From assembly GCA_964187785.1 (NCBI GenBank), contig OZ076418.1, forward strand, positions 25,482,001 to 25,546,000: 64,000 nt of DNA. Reading direction: 5' to 3'. Below are positions 19,075 through 32,611 of this stretch, one piece after another. The number at the start of each line of letters is the position of its first letter. The stretch's first letter is position 1. The translations under genes were made by a program, and so were the position numbers. The notes beneath the pieces were generated by a model. It was not told the origin of the DNA. It made no database searches and saw nothing but the letters and a program-made list of their open reading frames with translations. This stretch comes from Amphiscolops sp. MND2022. Lineage: Eukaryota.

Positions 19075-21359
19075 TGTTACGACTGTTTACGAGTTGTTTT
19101 TGAAGTAGTCGTTTTTGATTTAATTGGGGTCGAGGTTGTGTTTGGTGGAACACTTTCTGATTCAGAATCAAAGTTTTCTAAGTTTTGGACAAACGATGTC
19201 TTTTTGATGACTGGAGCTATCAGTTTTAACATTTCCTTCTGATTATAAGCAGGAAATTTGGTGAGATCAGACATAATTTCTTTTCTCAGGGACGTTTTAA
19301 TCTCATTTAATTTCTCAGGCTGCATTCTAGGGAATTTTCGCGGTCCCGCTACGAGGTTCTCAACTGCGTTATTTTCAGAAGTCAAAGCTTCAAATTCTCC
19401 TGAGCCAAGCTCAGCTACTGCTTTCCGTGTCTGGCTACTAGTAGTATTTTTTGAACGAAAAAATGAGCATTAGTCTTTGGAATAGGTGAATTAGTCAACG
19501 ACGATTTTCGTTTCTATTACGGTGATTAAGGATTCACAAAACAGCAAAAGTATTACCCGAACTTACATGTCATTTTCTAGCTATACATACCGTTCTAGCA
19601 ACATTTGTTCCTCACCTAAAAATTCCTAGGTATCATAAAATTCGGGTTGGTTCAGTTGACTCCCTAATGATTCAAATTATTTCAGTCCTTCATCATAAAA
19701 TCAGGCATCTAATATCCTAGTTACGTCGCCATCCCGTATTATTTGTTGAATTAATTTTTGTTCAGGCAATTGCATTTTCTGTCTGATCTTCAAAATTGCA
19801 GCAAAATAAAAGCCTACTTGACATTTTCATCGACGAATGTACGCCAACGTGATCAATTAGTCAATTTCCAAGTTGGGAAAATTGAAATCAAGACAAAAGT
19901 ATGACACTCAAAAATTGGCAACGCAGCAACGCAACTAGAACGGAGCAAAAAGTTTCAGACATGGAAAAACTTGAATACTGATGGAGAGAAGGAACAAACG
20001 ATGCTAAGAAAAGTATTCCAGCAATTGATTACATAACTTGAACATTAATTGTATACAGTACTTGTTTCACTTACATAAGATACGAAGTTAGCCCATACGT
20101 GATGTTAACGGAAACCAACAATAACTTTAACATTCAGTATAGAATCTCATCACACGTATTGGCACAAATTGTGTAAAAATCGAATTGTAGTTGACATATT
20201 AGCATTAACCTTCAATATTTGCCAACATTTCAAATTATGGATAAATGGTGACCTTACGTCACACATTTAACCAACGTTCTAAAATGCTATACAACTTCAT
20301 GATTAGATGAATAAATATGTTCTATTGGAATATATCATTCTTGACGTAGTGTCATCAACGTAATTTAAAGAAGCGCCTTTGAGGATATCAAGATTCATCA
20401 ACCCATTTTGTTATCCTTCTTTACAGTAGAGCTTTCCTGATGTAAAATTCTACTTCTAAATTTTTTTACATTTGTCGATTCAGAAAGAAGTCACATTCAA
20501 AATTATTTTGAATTTTTATCCCGTAGTTGCGTTTTAACAATCCACTCCGTAGTCGCTCCGTAAGTATTTAGATTAGGTATAGCTTCACAATCTTGCAATT
20601 CACTCCGTAGTTGCTCCGTAAGTATTAGGATTAGGTATAGCTGAGTGGTGGCTGATGGATATAAAGCGGAGCGCATAGGCTTTCTTTCTCTTTCTCTTAG
20701 TTAGTCGGGGTTGCTGTGGTGATATTCGTCTTAGCTAAGTTCGCGTCTTGTTGGACTGAGCTCAAATAACTCGGCTGAGAGGGATGACGCTATTGGTCCG
20801 TAAAAATAGAAACACTAACTACTAGCTTGGTGGAGTGACGCTGTCGTAACGTTGTAAGTATTCGCTTAAATTGTTTGATTGTACTTTGAGTGAATTTTGA
20901 CAACTACTTTAATCTTTAGAAAACAATCCATTATAATATTCTGTATGTCTTTTTCATTTTATATTCTATGGATTCCGTTATAACTACGGACTTAAGCTTT
21001 GTCTTTGGTGTTTTCGTTTCAGGGTGGAAAAGAGATAAAGTTCCGTTACATAGTTTGTCTCCGTTTTGCTATATAGATTGACATGTGAAGTTCAGAAGAT
21101 AAACCGGAAGTAAAACGCTCACGTGTAAAATTAAAGACCGGAAGATTTAGTTAGGTTAAAATCCGTATCTAAAATTGTTCCGTAACGATTACTCAGATTT
21201 TGTTATCCGGGAAAATCATCTACAAATAGCCTAGCTGTACTGTAAGTGGAATTAATAAATTAGTTTAACAGTCCTTGCTGTAGCCGTGACCGGCTCCTCT
21301 CGCGTACCTCGGGATTCCTGCGCAGCAAGTGAAGAGACGACCGGGAGCGGGTCATGACA
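19075..21359 (-). mobile_element. Solo LTR related to element 1 family
   Basis: Minus-strand ends TGTCATGACCCGCTCCCGG ... AAACAGTCGTAACA match the element 1 LTR ends. Encodes a decayed gag N-terminus (..EIKTSLRKEIMSDLTK..NQKEMLKLIAP.., 19077-19385). Near-TSD ATTGG/AGTGG. Confidence 0.88.
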
Positions 21360-24149
21360 AGTGGCTCAAAATTGACCGCAAAAAGTCAGAAATTCAATTT
21401 TTTTTTGAGATTAGAAAACTTTGATGAGATAAAAGCTTCAGATTGTATAATTAGTTTCTCAGATTGTTTTTCAAAGAGAACTTTACACTTTTCATGTTGA
21501 AAGTTTCCACAGAATGACCCAAAGGATTCTCATGGACTTTTTTGTATAATTTCAAGCAACTTCCTTGCATCAAACGGTTATACAAAATCAACAAATCTGG
21601 TACCCAGTAGGCGTTGTTCAAGATGCATATGCAATTTTTTGTTGGAATTGGCCTCAGAAACACCCCCAGAATCCAAAAAACGACACATAAGCACATTTTT
21701 TTGACACAATTTTTTCTTTTTTCTGTAGAATAGAACATCCATTGACCAGAAGGTTGATGCAATAGGGCATTCAAAACGCAATTTGTGAAAGAAAGTGGGA
21801 CAAAGTTCCACGAATTACAAAACAAGGGTGTCAAAACTTCCGAATTTTTTTTATTTTTTTTCGGCAACGTAGTTCCATATTTGGACCCTTTCCGAACATT
21901 TACTTCAATCAGAAAGCCGATAGGATCAAGATTGAAACATGTACCTATCGGTAGTATTTCGAAAAGATCGGGGACAAGTTCATAAGCACAACTTCCGAAA
22001 AACGTTACTTCAAAACGTCCGATTTTTTTCCAAATATTCTGTCAAGTTCTGTAATTTTTGAAAAGCTCCAACTAAAATCACAAGGAGGAGAGTACGCCTT
22101 CCAAAAAAGTTTTTGCAGTTCCCCTGAGAAAACCCAAACCTGAGAATAACCCAGAAATTTAAAAAAAGCCTCGCTCAAACTTCCGAAACGTGCAAAACAC
22201 GAAAGTGTAAAACTTTTAAGCTTTTTCTCAGGGCCAAGAAGTACTCCAAGAATTACCCCTGAGATTCGGAAGACATTTTTTCCCAACAGGAAAAACAGAA
22301 AATTCATTTAAAAATTTTTTGGGAAAGTCCCATAGTGCCGAAAAAAGTTTCAGTTTTCTGTTAAAGTAAAATTACGTTTTCTCAGGCCGCAATCAGCATT
22401 GGAAAAGAAGGGTACTCTTGAAAGACCTGAATGTTTTCATAAAACTCCTCAGTAGCACAGGATCAAAGCACAACGAAGAAATAACCCTCAAGACTCGGGA
22501 AACATATTTCATTCACAAAAATCCTCAAAAACCTTAGATTGCAAAGAAAATGTTTCGGGAACTGTTTCCGGAATAATTTATCAAAAAATTTCTCCTAACT
22601 CATATAAGTCGCACAGTGCTGAAAAAAAAGAAAAGTGGTCAACTGTGCTTCCAAAACTCTGTGGTTTCTGCTGAGGGAGGGAGTTTATATTTGCAAAGCA
22701 AGTGTGAAAGAAAGTCGCCTTATCCCGGAAACTTTTCAAAGCGGGATTCTTTGGTCTTCCCCTACTTTCCCAACATGCGCACTTTTTTGATTAGGTGCGA
22801 GACGCGAACCCACCTAGCCTTTTTTCTAATACCGCAGGAAATCGGCGTTAACCACGTGGCCAAGTGGCAGTGAGAAGTTACTTGAAAAGTTACCAACTTT
22901 TCCAGTGGTAGATCAGGTGTATTGATGCATAAAAATGCTGACGAAAAGCCATGACTATAGTCGCTCCTTCCTGACGAAAAGCGTCGACTGATAATTTAGT
23001 ACGTTAGGAACTGGTATTCACATAGTTCAACAACAAAACAATTAGGTACTTAGCGTGGTTATATATAAGGTGTTTGCTCCAAAAATGGGCTAAGATGAAT
23101 CAAAACTTTCTTTTCTTTGAACTTCTTTGCATTTTCATAGTGCTTTGCCTATTCGTGAGCTTCACATTTATGTCGTTGTAGAACAACTTGTAGCGGAAAA
23201 TATCTCGCTACTCAGTGGGCGTCTTGTTTTTGTGATCATCGGAACAAATTCTTAGTTGATAACGCAGTTATCTCTAGCACGAAGTTGTTTAGTTATGTCA
23301 TGGTTTCATGACACTCCTTGCACGTAACAATATGGATCCATGTGGATTTCAATAAATGGAGACAGCTCGAATCTATCATAGAATGGGATTGCATAGAATA
23401 GCTTGTTGCGTTAGATCCGGGTACGCTACGAAACTAGTTTTTGTCGTTGAGTTCTTTCCATTGAGTTTAAAGTTAACCTTTCTCATAATGTGGAACAAAC
23501 TGTTTGTTGGGAGAAAATGTTTTCTTTTATTTTATGAAATTTGGATGGAAATATTTTAGTACAGATCTGACAGGTGGTAAATTATACAAACTGCACGCAT
23601 CCACTGTAAAAACAGCGGAGTTACAATTGTCCCATAATGCTTTGATGAATCACAACTTGTGTAAAATGACCTGAAATATCTAGGGTAAAAACAGAAAGTT
23701 AACATAACGCAGTCAACTACATGAACTCGCTTTGAACTAGCCAAAGCGCCAATATTTACCTCAGAACTGCATGCAAACTTTTTTCACGTAAACTTGTTTT
23801 TGCCAGCTTATCATGATTTTTCCGAAATTGATTCAAAAACTGAAGCTCCATTGTCTTCGCTCCATACAATTAGTTTCGCAAAAACAAAAAAGGTAAGGTA
23901 ATGCATTGGCGTTTTACAGTATTTTTCCTATGACCAGAATGGAAGTTTCCGGCTAACTCCAGAGCAAAAGGACGGTCAAAACTAGCTGATTGCCTCGAAG
24001 ATAAACAAAAAGTCCTGAAAACGCGTTCGGCAATCCTACTACAATTGATTGATAGCTTGTTATGAGCAAAAATACGCCAACCACATCTCAAACTATCATT
24101 AAACCAATTGTCTTCAAACTTGTTCTCAAGCATACCGTTATTTTTAACG

Positions 24150-25384
24150 AAAATTGAAAATTAATGAACTGGGAAATAAATAGAATGATAATACAAAATG
24201 ATTAAAAACAATGACAATCAAAAAAAGCCAGAAAGGGTGGAAAGCACATCAAACACACATAAAAACAGTTACTAACGACCAGGGTAACCAAATTCGCTAC
24301 TGCAAAGAAATTGGATATCTTCCAATTGACTGGCTAACTCGGCAAAACACCATAAGCTTGATGGAGACCCCAAGATTCTAGACACGAAGAACTTGATAAT
24401 TTGGCACCAACATAAAAATGGTCCCTCACGGGAGCACAGAAAAACGGTTCCCATCAAAACTACGAAAACTCCGAAAAGTATCAATTCTTCGTCGTCCGAA
24501 ACATTGAACGTCTATAGAGAAAAATAGAGAAACTGGATGTGAGGCAGCATCAAAATCCATACAACAAAATCTGATTCTTCTACACACAAACCCACACTTA
24601 CTTGGTAGTACAAAGTTTCAATTTAATTCTGAGGCAATTTCAAGCTTTGTTAACTATTCAGAATGGGATGTTCGACTAATGTTGACCAACTAAATGCGGA
24701 TCTGACCAAGAACTAGGTAAAAATTTTTATCGAAATGCCTTTCATGTAAGAAAAAATGAACCTCAATAAAATTATAGTGGTAACCGAGAACACGAAAAAC
24801 CGAAGAGAACATCACAATTATGAAAGTATTGCCGGACTACATAATCGCCTCTCTTTTCTGGAGTAAAACAATGTCATTTATATGATATGCGTCAAAAAAG
24901 TTCAACCTTCAATCATTAATCCAAGCAACTGAAATTCGAAAATTTTAAATGCACGAGCACCAACACCATTGCTCGATGAAACGTCATACGTCCTACAGCC
25001 GGGTGAAACAGTTACAATTTCCAGTAGAATGCCTTATTTGATAGACCATGGTGCTACAAGCATTGCCAACAACTCGTCGCATTTCGAAAAAAATGAAGTT
25101 TCATGATCACCTTCTTTTTAGTCTGCTTCCTCAATACAGTGAAATATAACGCTGTAGGATACTAAGTGTTATTCGGAGCCACCATACACATTATCCACCG
25201 ACACACTCTAGCACACCCTCGTGTTCTATCGCTATAACAAACTAAGTACTTTAAAGTAGTTGACCACTCAACCTAAAAATTTAAAAATTGGTCAACCATC
25301 ATCTCACTGAAAATGCAGACGTTTACCTCATTGAGCTTCCAAAAGTCAACAACGACGTCCCGACATCCAGATTGTCCATGAACA
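24150..25384 (+). pseudogene. Old Gypsy relic (gag end and PR-RT spacer), 5' part; interrupted by element 2
   Basis: Degenerate RYCKEIGYL knuckle-like segment and YVLQPGETVTI segment similar to the element 1 pol spacer. Continues after the element 2 TSD. Boundaries approximate. Confidence 0.5.
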
Positions 25385-25610
25385 TGTGACATAGACAGTT
25401 GATATGTCATTTTATGGATTGACAGGCCTAACCTAACTGATAGAAAAGTACCAGTTAAAGATGTTCTGAAGTCATGTAGCTACTAAACATAGATATACGC
25501 TTGAGCCTACAGTACAGTTGCTATTACGTTGAGATCATTAAGAAGCAGATTTTGTATCTAGCTATTTCAGTTTTAATTAATTATTCAAGCCCTTTTCCTA
25601 CTTTACTTTA
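25385..25610 (+). repeat. 5' LTR of element 2
   Basis: TGTGACATAG...CTTTACTTTA, repeated at 31003-31230. Confidence 0.9.
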
Positions 25611-25640
25611 AGGCGCAATCAGCAATCTGAACAAATCAAC

Positions 25641-26837
25641 ATGGAAAACAACAACACCGACCCCAATCTAACGGAAGGTGAACCGAGTACATCGGAACAA
25701 TCAACCAGAACGATCAATAATCAAACAACAACATCAGAACGGATGGATAGAAGTAAATACAAAATTCCGATACTATCGGACAGAGAAACAGACCTCACTA
25801 AAATCAATCCCAAAATGTGGTGGGAACAAATTTCCGAATACATCCACCTGACGTACAACCGCAATTTGGAAGAAATCACCGACGAAAGCATACGAACCAT
25901 GGATCCCCACACCGTATACCACATAAAAGGCGACGTCATTTGGGCACTTGGCCCAAAAGCCAAACACGAAATCATGAGAGGTCAGTGGGGCCGCAAATTG
26001 AAAGATGTTAACTTACCCGAACTACTGACACTATTCAAGAAAACCTTTCTTCCGGTGAGAAATGTATTTCACAGTAGAGCACAATTTTTCAATATGAAAC
26101 AGGAGGACCATGAAACAGTGGACGAATATTGGAAAAGACTGGTCGACACCGAAAGAAAATGCGATTTCGGCAATATTACAGCGGAAGAGATCATTACGTA
26201 CAAATTCGCGGCTACCATCAAAGACAAAAGAGCCCGCGATAAATTCATAAAGGGCCCACTGAAAATACAATTGGTCCTAGACACAACAGAACTCGACAAC
26301 TATAACCGGAAATACGGGGACAAGAAGCCGAAAAACAAAAAAGATAGAAAAGATTCATCAAATAGCTCAACATCCACTGAACTAATTGGACATACAAACC
26401 AACAGCGGAAACGAAAAACCAACTTTAACGAGAAGAAAAAATTTCCAAACCGGGACTGCCGCTTTTGTGGAAAACCAAATTGGTCAATGGAACATATTTG
26501 CCCCGCAGGGAAAGCCCAATGCAATAACTGCAAGAAGATGGGACACTTTGCCAAGGTGTGCAAATCTAAAACCGTCAGTCGGATAAAAGAAGCATCATCA
26601 TCGGATGCCAGCACCGAACCATGGCTGGAAATTGACCATATTCAGTCCGTCAAGGGAGTAAATCGAGTTGATTTCTACAAAACAATCCTACTGGTCCACG
26701 GTCAACCAATAGAATTTATTATCGATACCGGCTCACCAGTGACGATTATACCACCAATTATCACACCAGAAGAAATAAAGAAAACGACAAAAACTTTCGT
26801 CGACGTGAACAAAAATCCGATCAAATTCAAGAGTTAG
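25641..26837 (+). CDS. gag: Element 2 Gag-protease (premature stop)
   Basis: CRFCGKPNWSMEHIC and CNNCKKMGHFAKVC knuckles; FIIDTGSPVTI protease motif. Confidence 0.85.
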   Translation: MENNNTDPNLTEGEPSTSEQSTRTINNQTTTSERMDRSKYKIPILSDRETDLTKINPKMWWEQISEYIHLTYNRNLEEITDESIRTMDPHTVYHIKGDVIWALGPKAKHEIMRGQWGRKLKDVNLPELLTLFKKTFLPVRNVFHSRAQFFNMKQEDHETVDEYWKRLVDTERKCDFGNITAEEIITYKFAATIKDKRARDKFIKGPLKIQLVLDTTELDNYNRKYGDKKPKNKKDRKDSSNSSTSTELIGHTNQQRKRKTNFNEKKKFPNRDCRFCGKPNWSMEHICPAGKAQCNNCKKMGHFAKVCKSKTVSRIKEASSSDASTEPWLEIDHIQSVKGVNRVDFYKTILLVHGQPIEFIIDTGSPVTIIPPIITPEEIKKTTKTFVDVNKNPIKFKS

Positions 26838-26840
26838 GCG

Positions 26841-29800
26841 ATGGTTGAGGTGAAAACGGAAAAAAGCAAAGAAATACTGCCTATCCTTATTACAGAAAAC
26901 AAAAACACACAACCATTATTGGTACTAGATTGGCTAGACGAACTGGAAATTGGGCTACAGGGCAGCAAAAAGACAAATGATATTCGTCACGTAGAAGAAG
27001 ACGAAAGGCGGAAGAAGATCGTTAATGAACACGAAGACCTATTTAAAAACATTCATTCTATCAAAAACCTCACGATCGACATTCAGTTAAAGAAAGACGT
27101 CAAACCCATACAACAAAAAGGACAACCCGTCCCCATTCCTTTTCAAAAAAATGTCCGAAAAGAATTAGAGAAACTAATCGATTCTGGACATCTCGAAAAA
27201 GCCGATAACACCACAGAAAATTGCTTCATTTCTCCTGCAGTCATCACCATCAAAAAGGACAAATCTGTCAAAATTGCGTTAGATTCGAGAAAACCTAATG
27301 AGGCATGTATAAAACGGAAAGCTGCAATGCCGAACATGGAGGAACTAATCAGTAAAATTTCGGCCAAGATTACAAAAGGCGAAGACGAAATTTGGATGTC
27401 GAACATCGACTTAGACTACGCATACGGTCAGGCAAAATTGTCCGAGGAAGCAGCAAAACACTGTGTGTTCTCAATTATCGGCGGAGATTTTACCGGACAC
27501 TATCGCTTCAAGATGGGTTTTTACGGACTATCAGATATTCCTAAGGTGTTCCAGGAACATAAAGACAACGTATTAGAGTTCAACACCCCACTTTGGCTTG
27601 ATGACATTATCTGCGTGACTAACGGCAGCATCGAAGATCAAGAGATAGAAGTACGAGAAGTCCTCAAGAAACTGCAAAACGCCGGCTACCGAGCCAGTGA
27701 AAAGAAGACGGAATTGTTCAAGAAAAACTAACTTGGCTCGGCTACTTCATCAATCAGAACGGTGGGAAACCAATCAAAGACAAAACAGAAGCGATAACCA
27801 AACTAGCCGCACCGAAGAACGTAAAGGAGATGAAATCCTTCCGGGGCTCTATACCACATCTGTCAAAATTCATCAGCAACTTATCGAAGAAGACCGATCG
27901 AATGAAGAAATTGTTAAAAAAGGGTGTTCAATGGGACTGGACAACAGAAATAGACGAGGATTTCAAAAAGTTGAAGAAGGAAATCACGGAAGCCCGAAAA
28001 GAGACAGTTACATCACGACCGATTCCTGCAACACTGGATTGGGTGCGACTTTGTGGCAAAAGGAAGGTGTAGTAATTAGACCTGTAGCTTTTGCAAGTTG
28101 ATTTTTAACTGGTTGCGAAAAAAAAACGCAATAATTGAATTAGAATTATTGGGAGCTCTATGGGGACTAGAAAACTTCAGGCATTATGTCTACGGTAATA
28201 GGGTAAATTTACTGACAGATCACCAGGCACTACAGCCATTATTGAAAAAAAACCGGGCACACAAACAATACAGCGCACGGCTGACTCGTTGGTTGGATGG
28301 ATTGAGCCATTTTGATGTTAATATTCAATACACGGCCGGTAAAAACATTCCGCTAACGGATTATTTAAGCCGTCATCCGATCATACCGACCGAAATTACC
28401 GAGCTAGAGAACAAAGCGGACGGTCAGAACGAAGCGGAAGCCGACGAGTAGTTCGTCGTTAATCAAATATACGGCTTATTTGAATTCAACCGAGCGTGAG
28501 GAAGTATTAAACGATTCACCGAACAAACGATCGCGAGAGAAAGTCTCGACCAATCACAGCGCGACGAAAACGTACGTGAACGAAATTCAAACACTCATTT
28601 GCTTAAAACTTCATCGCCATACAGCAGTGCCAACTCCATAGATAACAATTCATCAAACTCGAACCGCAACATGGACAAAGTAAACGGCATCGACATGAAC
28701 TTTATATACAAAAAGAGGGGCCTTTCGCCAGAAACAAAACGCGGGTTGAACGAAACCATATATTAAAGCCGGATAGAACCCGTATTGTTGGAAAAGGGAA
28801 AAAAAGTGAGCACATTCAGGAATACCGACCGAATCAAGCCGGCAGAAAGCGAGTAGTGGAGCTCAACACCGAAATATATAACCGTTTCTTTCACTATTGC
28901 GAAACACTCGGGACAACGCCCTTGTCGGAATACCAGCAAAATAACAACGAATCATGGCTACACAACAACCAATCAGACGGAGAGAGCGAAACAAGCAGGA
29001 CAAAATACAAGATAGATGCCCAGCAAATGCCCTAAAGAAAATCAAAAAACACGAGACCGTGAATTTAATTAGACTCAAACAAACGGCCAAGAAAAACTCA
29101 CTCGGCACGGACCAGAAAGAAAACACCGAGGAGGCTATCAAGGAGGCAGAAAAGGATTTCGCAATTGACCTCCCCCTTCTAGTGGACGAAACAGCACGGG
29201 ATATAAAACACTGAACGCGATAGCTGCCATCGAAAAACAACAGTTGGACAGCATATTTCACCCATACCGCCCCCACCGACTGCATCTTTCCACCCGATTC
29301 GGGTTGTTATTTTATAATGACAAAATTATAATCCCCGAAAACATGCGCACCACTGTAATAGCCATGCTACATCACGGACAAACCTCGGCCGCCAAAATGG
29401 AACAATTGTCAGAAGCCTTCTGGTGGCCCGGAATTCATCGAGAAATCCATGAGAAGGCCGAATCATGCCCAAGTTGCAGAGTCGCAGGTAAGAACGTTAT
29501 TACACAAATTCCGTCAACGGAGAAAAATAACCTTGAGATTTTAACCGAACCGAACCAAGAGATCCAATTGGACTTCGCCGGTCCAATCAAATCAAAGACG
29601 CGCGGAAACGTTTACATTTTAGTGGCCATTGACCGTTTTAGCAAATGGCCAACCGCGCAAATTTGCAAAAACACGGACACACGGACCGTCCTAAAATTTT
29701 CAACAAAATATTTTATAGACAATGGAACACCACGGAGTATTAGAACCGATAACGGTACTGGCTTAGTCGAGCGAACCATACGGACAATAAAATCATTTAC

Positions 29801-30300
29801 GAGAGCAAATATGGCAGACGGCTTAACCTTCGAGGACGGTGTACAATTAGCGATAAAAACAATTTGACAAACACCAAACATTAGGTTGAAGATGACTCCT
29901 TTTCAGATGGATTTTGGTAGAAAACCACGTACCGCATTGACTAACTTAATCGGTAAACCGGATTGTTTATTATCCAATTGGAAAAAGACAATAACCAATT
30001 ACATTTCAGCCCAACCGACAGAACTCCAAGTCGTTACCATCAACGAGTCAGACGGTGAGATGGCTGATTATCTCGTCCTCAACGAAGCAAAGAAAAGAGG
30101 CCGTTCGGTAAGCCGGGATTTTAAACATTATCAATTTTACGAAAAAGAGAACAAACCAAATTCAATGAAATGTGGTTCTAAAACAAATGCAATTTTAACA
30201 GCATTAGCCGAGACAGACCACACAGTAACTACCTCCGAAGGGAGGGTATTACATTAGAAAAAAGCATCCAAACCTCTGAAATTTCAGACATCAAGAAAGC
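26841..30300 (+). pseudogene. pol: Element 2 pol (RT, RNase H, integrase), broken by frameshifts and stops
   Basis: IDLDYAYGQ and WLDDII (RT); TDSCNTGLGA and LTDHQAL (RNase H); H..CPSC, QLDFAGP, RTDNG and LVER (integrase), spread over several frames. Confidence 0.9.
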
Positions 30301-31002
30301 CCGAGAATCAAAGGAGGGCCACCAACAGATGCCGCAGATGTGGAAAATTTAGTAATGGCGAGCTCTGCGAGATCCATCTGCGTCTAGAAGCAGCTAGACA
30401 AGACGATAACAACAACATAGAAGACAACGAACCGGGTACTAGCCATACTCTACCCATGATGCCAGCTAACAAGAAACGGACATACAACCGCGTGGTAATG
30501 TACGATTCCTCCAGCCACGACTCGGAATCAACCAACAATCACGCTGATAAAAACAGTTCTGACGAGGAAAGCACCCCGAAAACACCGCTCTAACGGCCGA
30601 GATCGGACGAGAGATAGAAAGGATGCGGTCACAAACCCCGATGCCTTCATCTCCAATCGGCTGCAGCACCGGGATAGCCACCGACGCGACGCAACCAGAC
30701 GCATCCGGAACACCGATACGCGGTCAGAACGCGGCCAACACCGGCGAAACAGCACAAGACAACACAGGTAAAATAAGATTTAAAAAAAGAACAAAATATA
30801 GAAAATAGCAAGTCAAACTCTAACTTAGAACCGCGTAGATCCGAAAGGATAAGGACGGCACAAATAACAGTAAAACTTGATGGAGTTGAATATTTTTGAT
30901 CATGGTTACCCTTTTAGGAAACATATACGTTTTCACCGTGCCGAAAAGATACCCAATTGCCCTCTCAAGACTGGTTCCCATGAACGCCTGCGGAGGAGGG
31001 AA

Positions 31003-31230
31003 TGTGACATAGACAGTTGATATGTCATTTTATGGACTGACAGGCCTTAAACCTAACTGATTGAAAAGTACCAGTTAAAGATGTTCTGAAGTCATGTAGC
31101 TACTATACATAGATATACGCTTGAGACTACAGTACAGTTGCTATTACGTTGAGATCATTGAGAAGCAGATTTTGTATCTAACTATTTCAGTTTTAATTAA
31201 CTCTTCAAGCCCTTTTCCTACTTTACTTTA
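31003..31230 (+). repeat. 3' LTR of element 2
   Basis: Direct repeat preceded by PPT and followed by TSD GAACA. Confidence 0.9.
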
Positions 31231-31235
31231 GAACA

Positions 31236-32330
31236 TACGCACAAATCAAACAAAAGATCTATAACGAGTTACTAGAAAACAACCAACAATCCCGGGAACA
31301 ACTCAACTCACAAGAAAAAATGAACCAGGCTTAAAACTTCTCAAAAAACTTTACTGGAGTGATACAAAACTCAGTCATTTCGTAGGCAAACGCAGTCTTG
31401 ATAAAATTCATTAAATCGCGGCCAGACAAAAGTTTGACATGGCAAATAATAAAGAGTTCGTTGTCAAACTACCACCAAACGATGACAGACCTGTTTGGAG
31501 ACGAAGTATACCAGTGACATCACCGTAGAACTGCTCTTCTCCGAATCATCACATAACAACACCATCCCGTTCTAAATTTGCATGCCCAAGGATATTGTGT
31601 CGATCTAAAAAAACATAAACAACCACATAACCTAAGATTACTTTACGTTTACAATAACCACTCTATGACCACTCTTCTTCATGCCGTCCAGTATGTGGTT
31701 GCAAAGAAGCCTGTTGAACCCGTGAAACTCTTTTGGACGCTCCAATACTTGCAGGCTTACTACAGCCTTCAAATTGTTGCAGACTATCAATCTCAACAAA
31801 TGCTGGCTTTCAACTTTTCCAGTCGCGCTTTTGCTAAACGCCCAAAGCCTAAGTCCATGCTTATCAGCCTCTTCTAGCAGCTTGAAGGAATACCTAGACA
31901 TAGTAATTGAAGCTTACGATATTGCACAAGATGTTAATGACAGTGATTTGCGATAAACAGTAGCGCAACTAAGCAATAACATCCGCACAGTTTTCGAACG
32001 CATTCGTGAAGTTGATCGGAACCTGTCAATGTCAAAACAACATTTTGGCAAAAAGGTTACCTTCAAAGGCTGGAACATTCAAATCCGATCAAATCTCTCC
32101 CCAAGATTTCAAAATTCAGTACTTTTTGACAAAAATCAATTCCACAACTACAAAGCAGTACTTCAACTGTTTCCCAATCAATACAGGAGGTTTATACTTG
32201 CCCCTCAGCGCAAAAATGCTAACGAATTGTAGTAATATAGCTTGTGTAGCAGGATCCAAGAACCTCAATGCAAAACAGCAAACTCAACGCATTGACCAGC
32301 TCTTATGCTGCAATTTGAGGTAGTTCGAAC
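31236..32330 (+). pseudogene. Old Gypsy RT relic, 3' continuation of 24150-25384
   Basis: IKQKIYNELLE, YLQAYYSLQ..QQMLAFNFSSRAF and SSLKEYLDIVI align by eye with element 1 RT (SQAYHCLQ..ELLAFNFASRTF; SFMREYLDTVI). Confidence 0.75.
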
Positions 32331-32611
32331 ACAGCACATTATAGATTGCTGCGTTGCAGAATTACCTTAGAGATTGTAAGCGGCAACGTACGAAAACTTG
32401 AATACAGCACATTACTAACAATTGAAGAGTCGGATCATCGGGGTTTCCCGATCATGTTCATAAGTGGCACAATAAAATTTTATGATCCTACCATGATCAA
32501 TCTGCAATCATATAAGATTAAGAGTATTGTCAGACTGGAACCATAAACTTCAATGATCCAGACTGAAACAATAAATCGCTCAGACTATGATCAAACTGAA
32601 ATCATAAAACT

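Larger units (their letters stand above)
25385..31230 (+). mobile_element. Element 2: decayed Ty3/Gypsy with short LTRs
   Basis: LTRs 25385-25610 and 31003-31230 (about 4% diverged). TSD GAACA at 25380-25384 and 31231-31235. PPT GCGGAGGAGGGAA at 30990-31002. Fragmented gag-pol. Confidence 0.93.

Noticed and set aside
21365-22960. AT-rich region with small ORFs, possible non-autonomous DNA element
   Set aside because: No TIRs, TSD or protein motifs could be established.
23000-23800. Second Polinton polB relic (GTIVTPLFLQ..VCIIY, minus strand)
   Set aside because: Only one short motif resembles polB; too weak to list as a feature without a search.
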